In this document: piece by piece, positions 34,204-42,657 of the stretch
How positions within the stretch are numbered: position 1 is the stretch's first letter
Layout: every line of letters starts with the position of its first letter
Source of the DNA: Bacteroidales bacterium
GTDB lineage: Bacteria; Bacteroidota; Bacteroidia; Bacteroidales; P3
Assembly (NCBI GenBank): GCA_017480785.1
Contig: JAFURZ010000005.1
Location: 16,259-80,258 of the forward strand
Reading direction: 5' to 3'
DNA length: 64,000 nt
Notes under the pieces: model-generated
What the model saw: the letters and a program-made list of their open reading frames with translations, nothing else
What the model was told of the DNA's origin: nothing
The model's database searches: none
Program-made: the position numbers and the translations under genes

Positions 34204-35106
34204 ATAACTATTCTAGGGCCCACGGCGACCGGCAAGACGGCCCTGGCGGCCGAGGTGGCCTACCGGCTGAACGGCGAGATAATCAGCGCCGACTCGCGTC
34301 AGGTGTTCCGCGGCATGGACCTCGGCACCGGCAAGGACCTGGCCGACTACGACCTGCACGGCGTCCACGTGCCCCACCACCTGATTGACATCTGCGACCC
34401 GCGCGAAGAATACTCCGCCTACCGTTTTGTGAACGACTTCCGGCGGGCCTACGAGGACATCACCGCCCGCCACCGGCAGCCCATACTCTGCGGCGGCACG
34501 GGTCTCTACCTTGACGCCATCCTGCGGGAGTACCACCTCAGCGACGCCCCCGTCAACCCCGCTTACCGCGCCTCGCTCGAGTCCTACAGCGACGAGGAGC
34601 TCACCGAACGGCTGGCCTCCTACGGCCCACTGCACAACCACACCGACACCGAGACCCGCGAACGGCTGCTGCGGGCACTGGAGATTGCCGAGTATGCCCG
34701 CCTCCACCCCGACCGCTATGCCCGTCTGCCCGAGATGGAGCACCGCGTGTTCGGCATGGCGCTGGAGCGCCAGCAGGTAATCGACCGCATCGGGCGGCGC
34801 CTGCGGCGCCGCCTCGACGAAGGCATGACCGCCGAGGTGCAGCGACTGTTGGACGAAGGCATCCCCGCCGAACGCCTGATGCGCTTCGGGCTGGAATACC
34901 GCCACGTGACCCGCTATCTGCTGGGCCAATGCACCGAGGAGGAGATGTTCCGCGACCTCTTCACCGACATACGCCGCTTCGCCAAGCGCCAGATGACCTG
35001 GTTCCGCCGCATGGAGCGCAACGGCGTGGCCATCCGCTGGCTCGATGCCTCACGCCCCGTGTCCGAGCTGGCCGACGAGGTGGCCAACGGCTCATATCAC
35101 CAATAG
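34156..35106 (+). CDS. miaA: tRNA dimethylallyltransferase
   Basis: ORF 34075..35106 overlaps the upstream gene. The conserved core begins ILGPTATGKTALA, followed by SADSRQVFRGMDLGTGK. There is no ATG; the nearest in-frame start, GTG 34156, lies inside a hairpin repeat, so the 5' end is uncertain. Confidence 0.85.
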   Translation: MGSTRGQQLPTTHYPLITILGPTATGKTALAAEVAYRLNGEIISADSRQVFRGMDLGTGKDLADYDLHGVHVPHHLIDICDPREEYSAYRFVNDFRRAYEDITARHRQPILCGGTGLYLDAILREYHLSDAPVNPAYRASLESYSDEELTERLASYGPLHNHTDTETRERLLRALEIAEYARLHPDRYARLPEMEHRVFGMALERQQVIDRIGRRLRRRLDEGMTAEVQRLLDEGIPAERLMRFGLEYRHVTRYLLGQCTEEEMFRDLFTDIRRFAKRQMTWFRRMERNGVAIRWLDASRPVSELADEVANGSYHQ

Positions 35107-35135
35107 TGGTGAGGCGGAAGGAGGGCGATTTTTCG

Positions 35136-35143
35136 TATCTTTG
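35136..35143 (+). promoter_or_regulatory. -7 box upstream of feoAB
   Basis: TAtcTTTG lies 26 nt before ATG 35170. Confidence 0.5.
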
Positions 35144-35169
35144 CAAAAGAAACTACAACAGGAAACAAC

Positions 35170-37605
35170 ATGCTACTATCTGAGCTACAGACAGGTGAAC
35201 GGGGTGTGGTGGTACGCGTGGCAGGCCACGGCGCCTTCCGCAAACGCATCATCGAGATGGGTTTCATCAAAGGCGTCACGGTCGAGTCCATCCTCAACGC
35301 ACCGCTCAAGGACCCCATAAAATATAGAATAATGAACTTCGAGGTGTCGCTGCGCCGCGCCGACGCCACGAAGGTGGAGATTGTCAGCGAGCGCGAGGCC
35401 GAGCGCGAGATTGCCAACCACCAGGACTACAAGCCCATCGACATCTCGGGCGAGAGCCCGATGCACCACATCGCCGCCGAACGCAGCAAGACCATCAACG
35501 TAGCCCTCGTGGGCAACCCCAACTGCGGCAAGACAAGCATCTTCAACATTGCCGCCCATGCCCACGAACGGGTGGGTAACTACAGTGGCGTCACGGTCGA
35601 CGAGAAGGTGGGCACCTTTGAATACGGCGGCTACACCTTCAACCTCACCGACCTGCCAGGCACCTACTCCCTCAGCGCCTACTCGCCCGAGGAGCTGTAC
35701 GTGCGCAAGCATATCATCGAGAAAAACCCCGACATCATACTCAACGTGGTCGACGGCTCAAACCTCGAGCGCAACCTCTACCTCACCACCCAACTCATCG
35801 ACATGGACATCACGATGGTGATGGCCCTGAACATGTACGACGAACTGCAGCGCAGCGGCGACCGGCTCGACATCGACCAGCTCTCCACCCTGCTGGGCAT
35901 GCCCATCGTGCCCACTACCGGCCGCAACGGCAAGGGCATCGACTCGCTCTTCGACAAAATCATCGAAGTGTTTGAAGGGCGCGACAACAAGACACGCCAC
36001 ATCCATGTAAACCACGGCCCCGCCCTGGAGCCCTGCATCAAGCGCCTACGCTCCGAACTCTACGAGCACGGCTTCAGCGACTCGCTCTCCACCCGCTTCC
36101 TCAGCATCAAGCTGCTGGAGAACGACCGCCAGCTGGAGCAATATGTCGCCGAGCGCGACCCTGACGGCAGCGTAATGAAGATGCGCAACGAGATAGCAGC
36201 CAAATACCTTGAGAGCAGCCGACACTCGATAGACGACGCAGAGCATGTCCGCGAAGCACACGACGGCGACCGCCATGCGCACCAGGACATCGAGAGCGCC
36301 ATCACCGACGCCAAATATGCCTTCGTGCGCGGCGCCCTGGCCGAATGCTACCAGAAAAACGACAAAAGCACCCTGCACGCCCTTACCGACAAGATAGACG
36401 CCGTCGTCACCCACCGCTGGCTGGGCTACCCGGTGTTCCTGGTGGTGATGTTCATCACCTTCTTCTGCACCTTCGCCGTCGGACAATACCCCATGGACTG
36501 GCTCGAGTCGCTCTTCGGCTGGCTGGGCCAGGCGGTGGGCAGCGCCATGAGCGACGGACCGCTGAAGAGCCTCCTCTGCGACGGCATCATCGCCGGCGTG
36601 GGCTCGGTGCTCGTCTTCCTGCCCAATATATTAATATTGTACCTATTTATCTCTTTCATGGAGGACAGCGGCTACATGGCCCGCGCCGCCTTCATCATGG
36701 ACAAGCTGATGCACCGCATGGGCCTGCACGGCAAGAGCTTCATCCCGATGATTATGGGCTTCGGCTGCAACGTGCCGGCCATCATGGCCACCCGCACCAT
36801 CGAGGACCGCAAGTCGCGCCTGCTCACCATGTTGGTCATCCCCATGATGAGCTGCTCGGCCCGCATCCCGGTCTATGTCATCCTCGTAAGCGCCTTCTTC
36901 TCCAAGTGGGCCGCCTTCGTACTCACGGGGCTCTACCTGCTGGGCATGGTGATGGCCGTGCTCATGGCCAAACTCTTCAGCCGCTTCTTCGTCAAGGGAG
37001 AAAGCCTCCCCTTCGTCATGGAGCTGCCGCCCTACCGCATGCCCACCGCCAAGGCCGTCCTGCGCCACACCTGGGAGAAAGGCAAGGAATACCTCAAGAA
37101 GATGGGAACCATCATCCTCGGCGCCTCGATTATCGTGTGGGCCCTGAGCTACTTCCCCATGAACGAGGACCGCATCGCCCAGGCCGAGAACTCGTACATG
37201 GCCAAGATAGGAAAAACCATCGAGCCCGCCATGCGCCCCTGCGGCTTCGACTGGCGCCAGAGCGTGTCGCTCCTGGCCGGCGTCGGCGCCAAAGAGGTGG
37301 TGGCCAGCACCATGGCCGTCGTCTACGCCACCAGCAGCGAAGAAGCCGAGCTGCTTGAAGCCGACTTCGAGGCCGACGAGAACGAGAGCCGCATCTCACA
37401 GCTGGTCCACGACCACATGACGCCCCTCTCGGCAGCCTCCATGCTGCTCTTCATCCTGCTCTACATGCCCTGCATCTCCACCATTGTGGCCATCAAGAAC
37501 GAAAGCGGCCACTGGAAGTGGGCCCTCTTCACCGTGGCCTACACCATCGGCCTGGCATGGATTGTGAGCACGCTGTTCTTCCAAATCGGTTCGCTGCTGC
37601 TATGA
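35170..37605 (+). CDS. feoB: Ferrous iron transporter, FeoA-FeoB fusion
   Basis: 811-aa ORF with N-terminal FeoA (LSELQTGERGVVVRV..IEMGFIKG), G domain VALVGNPNCGKTSIFN and a polytopic permease C-terminus. Confidence 0.95.
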   Translation: MLLSELQTGERGVVVRVAGHGAFRKRIIEMGFIKGVTVESILNAPLKDPIKYRIMNFEVSLRRADATKVEIVSEREAEREIANHQDYKPIDISGESPMHHIAAERSKTINVALVGNPNCGKTSIFNIAAHAHERVGNYSGVTVDEKVGTFEYGGYTFNLTDLPGTYSLSAYSPEELYVRKHIIEKNPDIILNVVDGSNLERNLYLTTQLIDMDITMVMALNMYDELQRSGDRLDIDQLSTLLGMPIVPTTGRNGKGIDSLFDKIIEVFEGRDNKTRHIHVNHGPALEPCIKRLRSELYEHGFSDSLSTRFLSIKLLENDRQLEQYVAERDPDGSVMKMRNEIAAKYLESSRHSIDDAEHVREAHDGDRHAHQDIESAITDAKYAFVRGALAECYQKNDKSTLHALTDKIDAVVTHRWLGYPVFLVVMFITFFCTFAVGQYPMDWLESLFGWLGQAVGSAMSDGPLKSLLCDGIIAGVGSVLVFLPNILILYLFISFMEDSGYMARAAFIMDKLMHRMGLHGKSFIPMIMGFGCNVPAIMATRTIEDRKSRLLTMLVIPMMSCSARIPVYVILVSAFFSKWAAFVLTGLYLLGMVMAVLMAKLFSRFFVKGESLPFVMELPPYRMPTAKAVLRHTWEKGKEYLKKMGTIILGASIIVWALSYFPMNEDRIAQAENSYMAKIGKTIEPAMRPCGFDWRQSVSLLAGVGAKEVVASTMAVVYATSSEEAELLEADFEADENESRISQLVHDHMTPLSAASMLLFILLYMPCISTIVAIKNESGHWKWALFTVAYTIGLAWIVSTLFFQIGSLLL

Positions 37606-37790
37606 GTCAGTATATCATCGTGATTGCCATCCTCACCGCTACCGCCGTCCTGGCGGTGCGGTGGGTGGTGCGCACCCTCCGCGGCAAAGGCGGCTGCGGT
37701 TGCTCGTCGTGCGAGCACTGCCCCATGAAGGGCGACGCCAAGTGCCACTGCCACGACCAGGACCTCCATCTGCCCGACATCAAGGTCTGA
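37602..37790 (+). CDS. FeoB-associated Cys-rich membrane protein
   Basis: ATG 37602 overlaps the feoB stop as ATGA. 62 aa: MSQYIIVIAILTATAVLAVRWV plus a Cys-rich tail GGCGCSSCEHCPMKGDAKCHCH. Confidence 0.7.
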   Translation: MSQYIIVIAILTATAVLAVRWVVRTLRGKGGCGCSSCEHCPMKGDAKCHCHDQDLHLPDIKV

Positions 37791-37912
37791 CCGACCATTG
37801 CACCGACCGGGCCGCTTTGCCCGCCGGAAGCATCGAACAAGGCCCGGGGAAAGGTCGACACAATCCCCTGTCCCCACATCCTCAGGGTTTTCAACTGCTG
37901 TTCTTCGGTCGT

Positions 37913-37971
37913 TTTACGGTAGTATTACGCTTTTTTCTCGAAGAACAGTAAAAGAACAGTAAAAGAACAAC
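37913..37971. repeat. Composite of the TACGGTAGTAT unit and GTAAAAGAACA units
   Basis: ttttacggtagtattacgctttt (matches an arm of 23243-23339) followed by agaacagtaaaagaacagtaaaagaaca. Confidence 0.75.
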
Positions 37972-38097
37972 CATAGAAATGGCAGAGGCGGCGGGGCGCG
38001 GAGAGCGAGGAGTCGGGGACAATGCCTCCCGGGGACTTGGGCAGCAGCAAAACCTGTTGATTTTGGTGCGTCCATCCCGAGGAAAGAAAAAAAATAT

Positions 38098-38128
38098 TTT
38101 GCCAGTTGAAAAAATGTTTGTAACTTTG
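38098..38128 (+). promoter_or_regulatory. Promoter of rplM-rpsI
   Basis: TTTG (38098-38101), 19-nt spacer, TAacTTTG (38121-38128). Confidence 0.6.
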
Positions 38129-38295
38129 CACTCTCCAAAAATGGGGATAGTGTGTCTTGTAGACCCGTTCAAGACACATATTCTCAGGTTGGTACGCACG
38201 TAGGCCAATTATCCGTCAGCGGCCGAAATGTGGTTCAGCCGGAGGAGAAAACAATGAAGAAAAGAGAAAAAAATCATCGTTAGTAAAATAAAAAA

Positions 38296-38751
38296 ATGAG
38301 TACGTTAAGTTACAAAACCATCTCCGCCAACAAGCAGACCGTCCAGAAGGAATGGGTCCTGGTTGACGCCGAGGGACAGACCGTAGGCCGTCTGGCCACC
38401 CGCGTGGCCAACATCCTGCGCGGCAAGACCAAGCCCTCGTACACCCCGCACGTCGACTGCGGCGACAACGTCATCATCATCAATGCCGAGAAGGTTGTCT
38501 TCAGCGGCAAGAAAGAGACCGACAAAATCTACCAGCGCTACACCGGTTACCCCGGCGGCCAGCGTGAGACCACCCCTGCCAAGGTGCGCGCCACCCACCC
38601 CGAGCGCATCCTCGAGCACGCCATCAAAGGCATGCTGCCGAAGAACCGCCTCGGTGCCCAGCTCTACCGCAACCTCTACATCTATGCCGGCAGCGAGCAC
38701 CCGCACCAGGGTCAGAATCCCAAAGCCATCAATATTAACGAAGTCAGATAA
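38296..38751 (+). CDS. rplM: 50S ribosomal protein L13
   Basis: 151-aa ORF: MSTLSYKTISANKQTVQKEWVLVDAEGQTVGRLATRVANILRGK..GYPGGQRE. Confidence 0.97.
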   Translation: MSTLSYKTISANKQTVQKEWVLVDAEGQTVGRLATRVANILRGKTKPSYTPHVDCGDNVIIINAEKVVFSGKKETDKIYQRYTGYPGGQRETTPAKVRATHPERILEHAIKGMLPKNRLGAQLYRNLYIYAGSEHPHQGQNPKAININEVR

Positions 38752-38759
38752 AACAGGAT

Positions 38760-39149
38760 ATGGCAGAAGTAATCAACACTATTGGTAGAAGAAAGACCGC
38801 CGTGGCCCGCGTGTATATGACCCCCGGCAACGGTGAGATTAAGGTCAACGGCCGCGACTATAAGGAGTATTTCCCCACCGGTCCGCTGCAGTACATCGTC
38901 GGCCAGGCTTTCGCCGTGGCTAACGCCGAAGGCAAATGGGATGTCAAGGCCAACCTCGACGGTGGCGGCATCACCGGCCAGGCCCAGGCCCTGCGCATGG
39001 CCATCGCCCGCGCCCTCTGCGAGAACAACATCGAGGACCGCCCCGCCCTGAAGAAGGAAGGCTTCCTGATGCGCGACCCGCGTATGGTCGAGCGTAAGAA
39101 ACCAGGTCAGCCCAAAGCCCGCAAGCGCTTCCAGTTCAGCAAGCGTTAG
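38760..39149 (+). CDS. rpsI: 30S ribosomal protein S9
   Basis: 129-aa ORF: GRRKTAVARVYMTPGNGEIKVNG ... C-terminal PGQPKARKRFQFSKR. Confidence 0.97.
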   Translation: MAEVINTIGRRKTAVARVYMTPGNGEIKVNGRDYKEYFPTGPLQYIVGQAFAVANAEGKWDVKANLDGGGITGQAQALRMAIARALCENNIEDRPALKKEGFLMRDPRMVERKKPGQPKARKRFQFSKR

Positions 39150-39333
39150 TCCGGTCCGGTATGTTGCAACAGTGTTGCAACACGCAAAGACAGAAAGTTT
39201 AGTATCCAAACTGCCCGAATGCTCCGCTGCATTGACACAGCGAGCCGCATAGAAAGGCCACTAAATGCAGCCTGATGGACTCACGGACGGTTGGAAAAAG
39301 TTTTAGAACAACAAAAAAGGAAAGTAAACAAAC

Positions 39334-40191
39334 ATGAACGAACTCAAATTCGAAGAACTGCTCGAGGCCGGTTGCCACTTCGGCCACCTCAAGCGTAAAT
39401 GGAATCCCAAAATGGCTCCTTATATCTTCAAGGAGCACAACGGCGTGCACGTCATCGACCTGCAGAAGACCATCGCCAAGGCCGACGAGGCTGCGGCTGC
39501 CCTGAAGCAGATGGCCCGCAGCGGCAAGAAGGTCCTCTTCGTGGCCACCAAGAAGCAGGCCAAAGAGGTCGTCGCCGAGATGGCCAAGAGCGTCGACATG
39601 CCCTTCGTCACCGAGCGTTGGCCGGGCGGCATGCTGACCAACTTCAGCACCATCCGCAAGGCCGTCAAGAAGATGAACAGCCTCGACGCCCTGATGCACG
39701 ACAAGGATTTCAACAATATCAGCAAGCGTGAGCGCCTCCAGGTGCAGCGCGAGCGTGCCAAGCTCGACAAGAACCTGGGCTCCATCGCCGACCTCACCCG
39801 TCTGCCCAGCGCCCTATTCGTCATCGACATCAACAAGGAGCACATCGCCGTCGCCGAGGCCCGCCGCCTGAACATCCCCACCTTCGCCCTCGTGGATACC
39901 AACACCAACCCCGAGCTTATCGACTTCCCGATTCCCGCTAACGATGATGCAGCGAAGTCGATTGCCGCCATCCTCAAGCACATGTGCGAGGCCATCCAGG
40001 AAGGTCTGAACGAGCGCGCCCTCGACAAGGACGCCCAGCAGGAGGAAGAGGCACCCGTGGTCGAGGCCACCGACGAGCAGAAACCCGCCGAGAAGCGCAC
40101 CCGCGCCCGCCGTCCCCGCAAGACCGACGACGCCCCCAAGGCCGAGAAGGTCGCCGAGGCCAAGCCCGAGGAGGCTCCCAAGGCCGAATAA
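39334..40191 (+). CDS. rpsB: 30S ribosomal protein S2 (with charged C-terminal extension)
   Basis: 285-aa ORF: LLEAGCHFGHLKRKWNPKMAPYIF, VLFVATKKQAKE, ERWPGGMLTN. The C-terminal ~55 aa are E/K/A/P-rich. Confidence 0.97.
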   Translation: MNELKFEELLEAGCHFGHLKRKWNPKMAPYIFKEHNGVHVIDLQKTIAKADEAAAALKQMARSGKKVLFVATKKQAKEVVAEMAKSVDMPFVTERWPGGMLTNFSTIRKAVKKMNSLDALMHDKDFNNISKRERLQVQRERAKLDKNLGSIADLTRLPSALFVIDINKEHIAVAEARRLNIPTFALVDTNTNPELIDFPIPANDDAAKSIAAILKHMCEAIQEGLNERALDKDAQQEEEAPVVEATDEQKPAEKRTRARRPRKTDDAPKAEKVAEAKPEEAPKAE

Positions 40192-40220
40192 GGGATAAAA
40201 ACCGTTACGGCAAGACAGCA

Positions 40221-40313
40221 AGCCCCGTAGGGGCGAAAGAACATAGGCGGGGGTGGAGCGTAGCGAAACCCCCGTTTATAAAATAAAATCACCATTTAAG
40301 CCCCGTAGGGGCG
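40221..40313. repeat. REP-like hairpins (AGCCCCGTAGGGGCG x2 plus CGGGGG..CCCCCG)
   Basis: The 15-nt unit at 40221-40235 and 40299-40313 is identical to 6323-6337. Confidence 0.8.
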
Positions 40314-40346
40314 TCAGAATTCAAAAACAAAGAAAGGAACAATAAT

Positions 40347-41333
40347 ATGGCAATTACCGCTTCACAGGTTAACGAGCTCCGCAAACTCACCGGCGTCGGC
40401 ATGATGGACTGCAAGAAGGCTCTCGTCGAGACCGACGGCGACATGCAGAAGGCTATCGAGCTGCTGCGCCAGAAAGGCCAGAAGATGGCCGCCAAGCGCG
40501 CCGACCGCGACGCCAACGAGGGTTGCGTGCTGGCCAAGACCATGGGCAACTACGGTGCCCTCATCATGGTGAGCTGCGAGACCGACTTCGTCGCCACCAA
40601 CGCCGGCTTCGTGGACTTCACCAACAGCATCATCGACACCGCCATGGCGCAACACCTCACCACCAAGGAGCAGGTGCTTGACATGGACCTCAACGGTGCC
40701 AAAGTCAGCGACGCCATCACCGACCAAATCGCCAAAATAGGCGAGAAAATCGAGCTGGCCCACTTCGAGACCATCGAGGCCGAGAAGGTCTACGCCTACG
40801 TCCACCCGGGCAACCGCATGGCCTCCATCGTCGGACTGAGCAAGGCCGGTTTCGACCAGGTCGGTCACGACATCGCCATGCAGGTCGTCGCCATGCGTCC
40901 CGTCGCCCTCGACGCCGAGAGCGTGCCCCAGGAGATCAAGGACCAGGAGCTGCGCGTCGCCATCGAGAAGACCAAGGAAGAGCTCGTCGGCAAGGCTGTC
41001 GACGCCGCCCTCAAGAAGGCCGGCATCAACCCCGCCCACGTCGACAGCGAGGAGCACATGGCCTCCAACATAGGCAAAGGCTGGATCACCGAGGAGCAGG
41101 TCAACCAGGCCCGCGAAATCAAGGAGAAGGTCGCCGCCGAAAAGATGGCCCAGCTCAGCGAGCAGCAGATCAACCAGATTGCCAACGGCCGTCTGAACAA
41201 GTACTTCCAGGAGAACACCCTCATGGAGCAGGAGTACATCATGGAAGCCAAGGTGAAGGTGAAAGACTTCATCGCCAAGGCCGACAAGGACCTGAAGTGC
41301 ACCGGTTTCAAGCGCCTCGAACTCGGCGCCTAA
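40347..41333 (+). CDS. tsf: Elongation factor Ts
   Basis: 328-aa ORF: MAITASQVNELRKLTGVGMMDCKKALVETDGDMQKAIELLRQKG. Confidence 0.97.
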   Translation: MAITASQVNELRKLTGVGMMDCKKALVETDGDMQKAIELLRQKGQKMAAKRADRDANEGCVLAKTMGNYGALIMVSCETDFVATNAGFVDFTNSIIDTAMAQHLTTKEQVLDMDLNGAKVSDAITDQIAKIGEKIELAHFETIEAEKVYAYVHPGNRMASIVGLSKAGFDQVGHDIAMQVVAMRPVALDAESVPQEIKDQELRVAIEKTKEELVGKAVDAALKKAGINPAHVDSEEHMASNIGKGWITEEQVNQAREIKEKVAAEKMAQLSEQQINQIANGRLNKYFQENTLMEQEYIMEAKVKVKDFIAKADKDLKCTGFKRLELGA

Positions 41334-41372
41334 GAGCCAATGGTACGCAGGCCGCCTGCCTGCAATAGAACA

Positions 41373-41410
41373 GAAAGCACGCCCCGCAACGGAGCGTGCT
41401 TTCGTCGTTA
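41373..41410 (+). terminator. Terminator-like hairpin after tsf
   Basis: GAAAGCACGC/GCGTGCTTTC stem followed by GTCGTT. Shares CAGAAAGCACGCCCCGC with 25653-25669. Confidence 0.6.
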
Positions 41411-41423
41411 ATATGCAATATCA

Positions 41424-41485
41424 CCGCGCATCATTGCAAAACCGTGTCGCAGCACTGAAAACTGACTTCGCATCGATGCGGAGGC
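41424..41485 (-). repeat. 3' element, diverged copy downstream of the lipoprotein gene
   Basis: The reverse complement ..cagtgctgcgacacggttttgcaatgatgcgcgg aligns with the 3' two-thirds of 56381-56426. Adjacent palindrome cgcatcgatgcg. Confidence 0.6.
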
Positions 41486-41523
41486 TCTGGTTGAACTAAA
41501 AAACGATCTTGCCTCAATTCTTA

Positions 41524-42308
41524 TTATTCAATCATTTCAACGGTTCTTCCAGACGAAAAGCACTCAAGTGTATTGGGTTCTCCTGTATTGAAATAACACG
41601 GAGATGCAGAAACCATCATGGTAAAAAAACCTATTTTCTTCACCTCACATCTCGTGATATAAAATTTGTTTCTAATCTTTTTCCATTGAGGATTGTCTAT
41701 ATTATTTGAAAAAGTAAGGATGTGTTCACACATAAGATCTTCTTTACTGTATACTCCTTTTTTTCTCTCTAGAGAGTACCTAGAGGGTCTTGTCATTCGG
41801 AAGAACTTGACGTTACTTCTTGAATGAGGAGGGATTCCAACAAAACGTTCTTCTGTGGTCTGAACAAACGTGCCTGATGTAGAAGTTTCCCCCATGTTTA
41901 CACCATTTGCTACGGTTTGAGTTATTGGTCCAGCGCCTACGGCTCTTGTCACCGCACCGGCATTCACATTCATACTCCTGCTTTGGATATTCGTTGTTGT
42001 GACGACAGCATTATTATATATTTTGATAGCGTTTCCATAATTAGTTCCAAGTTCGTTATGTGAAATAAAAAAGGATTCCCCCAGATCAATATATAACATG
42101 CTGTCCGTCTCATTATAAACAAACAATGAACCATCTACATCATATTCTAACCGAATACCTTCATCTGAAATGGAGACTTCCATTCGAGATTGGTTGTCAG
42201 GTTTACATTCAGAATTAACACAGCGAACAGTGTAGGTTAGTCGGTTTACCGGCACGCATGATGTAAAAAGTGTAATTGCTAGGGTAGCAACAAAAAAGTT
42301 TTTTTCAT
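41524..42308 (-). pseudogene. Hypothetical lipoprotein gene, start codon out of frame at an A7/T6 tract; phase-variation candidate (AT-rich islet)
   Basis: The body ORF 41524..42255 is listed from GTG. Upstream, ATG 42308 reads MKKTFLLLP-stop. One extra A (A8) or T (T7) would give MKK(N/T)FFVATLAITLFTSC VPVNRL..., a canonical lipoprotein signal fused to the body. GC content is far below the flanks. No domain recognised. Confidence 0.5.
42292..42305 (-). repeat. A7-C-T6 tract immediately after the ATG of the lipoprotein gene
   Basis: Minus strand reads atg aaaaaaa c tttttt g. A +1 change in either run restores the lipoprotein signal peptide frame. Confidence 0.85.
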
Positions 42309-42560
42309 ATTTTATACCCTAATACGTGCCGGGCGCAACTTTCAAGCTCTTCCGCACCCCGTTGAGCGATTATTAAAGAAGCGTGGTGCCGTCACACCAT
42401 TCTTACATGGAGGTCGTAGGAATTACCTTGAAAAGAGAAGATGCAATAAGCCCACGCTATATAGCGAAGACCATTACACAAATTCTGCTTTTCTCTGGAA
42501 GTTTCCTACGTTTCCATGTACAGAATAAGCGTAAACGCTTCGGTGATTTCCTCATGAAAT
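42309..42560 (-). promoter_or_regulatory. Conserved long 5' leader (copy 1) upstream of the frameshifted lipoprotein gene
   Basis: Aligns block by block with 55647-55880. Shared blocks include GATTTC-N5-GAAATC, CGAAGCGTT, TATAGCGTGG, CAAGGTA, ACCACGCTTCT and CGCTCAACGGGGT. Confidence 0.55.
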
Positions 42561-42566
42561 CGACTG

Positions 42567-42634
42567 CAAAAGTACAAACTTTCTACGACGTGGCCAAATT
42601 TATTTTGCCATGTGGCTGAATTGTCGTATCTTTG
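42567..42634. promoter_or_regulatory. Back-to-back promoters (lipoprotein gene leftward, Bro-N gene rightward)
   Basis: Leftward TActTTTG is the complement of 42567-42574; rightward TAtcTTTG is at 42627-42634. 67/72 identical to 26515-26586. Confidence 0.65.
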
Positions 42635-42657
42635 CAGTCGGAAAACACACATTCGGC

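Noticed and set aside
36620-36660. Abrupt AT-rich patch (aatatattaatattgtacctatttatctctttcat) inside feoB, considered as an insertion or an internal promoter.
   Set aside because: It translates in frame as PNILILYLFISFMED, which fits the conserved FeoB membrane segment. No -7 box consensus is present.
41400-42640. AT-rich islets (also 25746-26586 and 55573-56426) as prophage, IS or integron cassettes.
   Set aside because: There is no integrase, transposase or phage gene, no terminal inverted repeats or target-site duplications that I could find, and no attC-like structure I can defend. They are kept as an unexplained cassette-like architecture in the findings.
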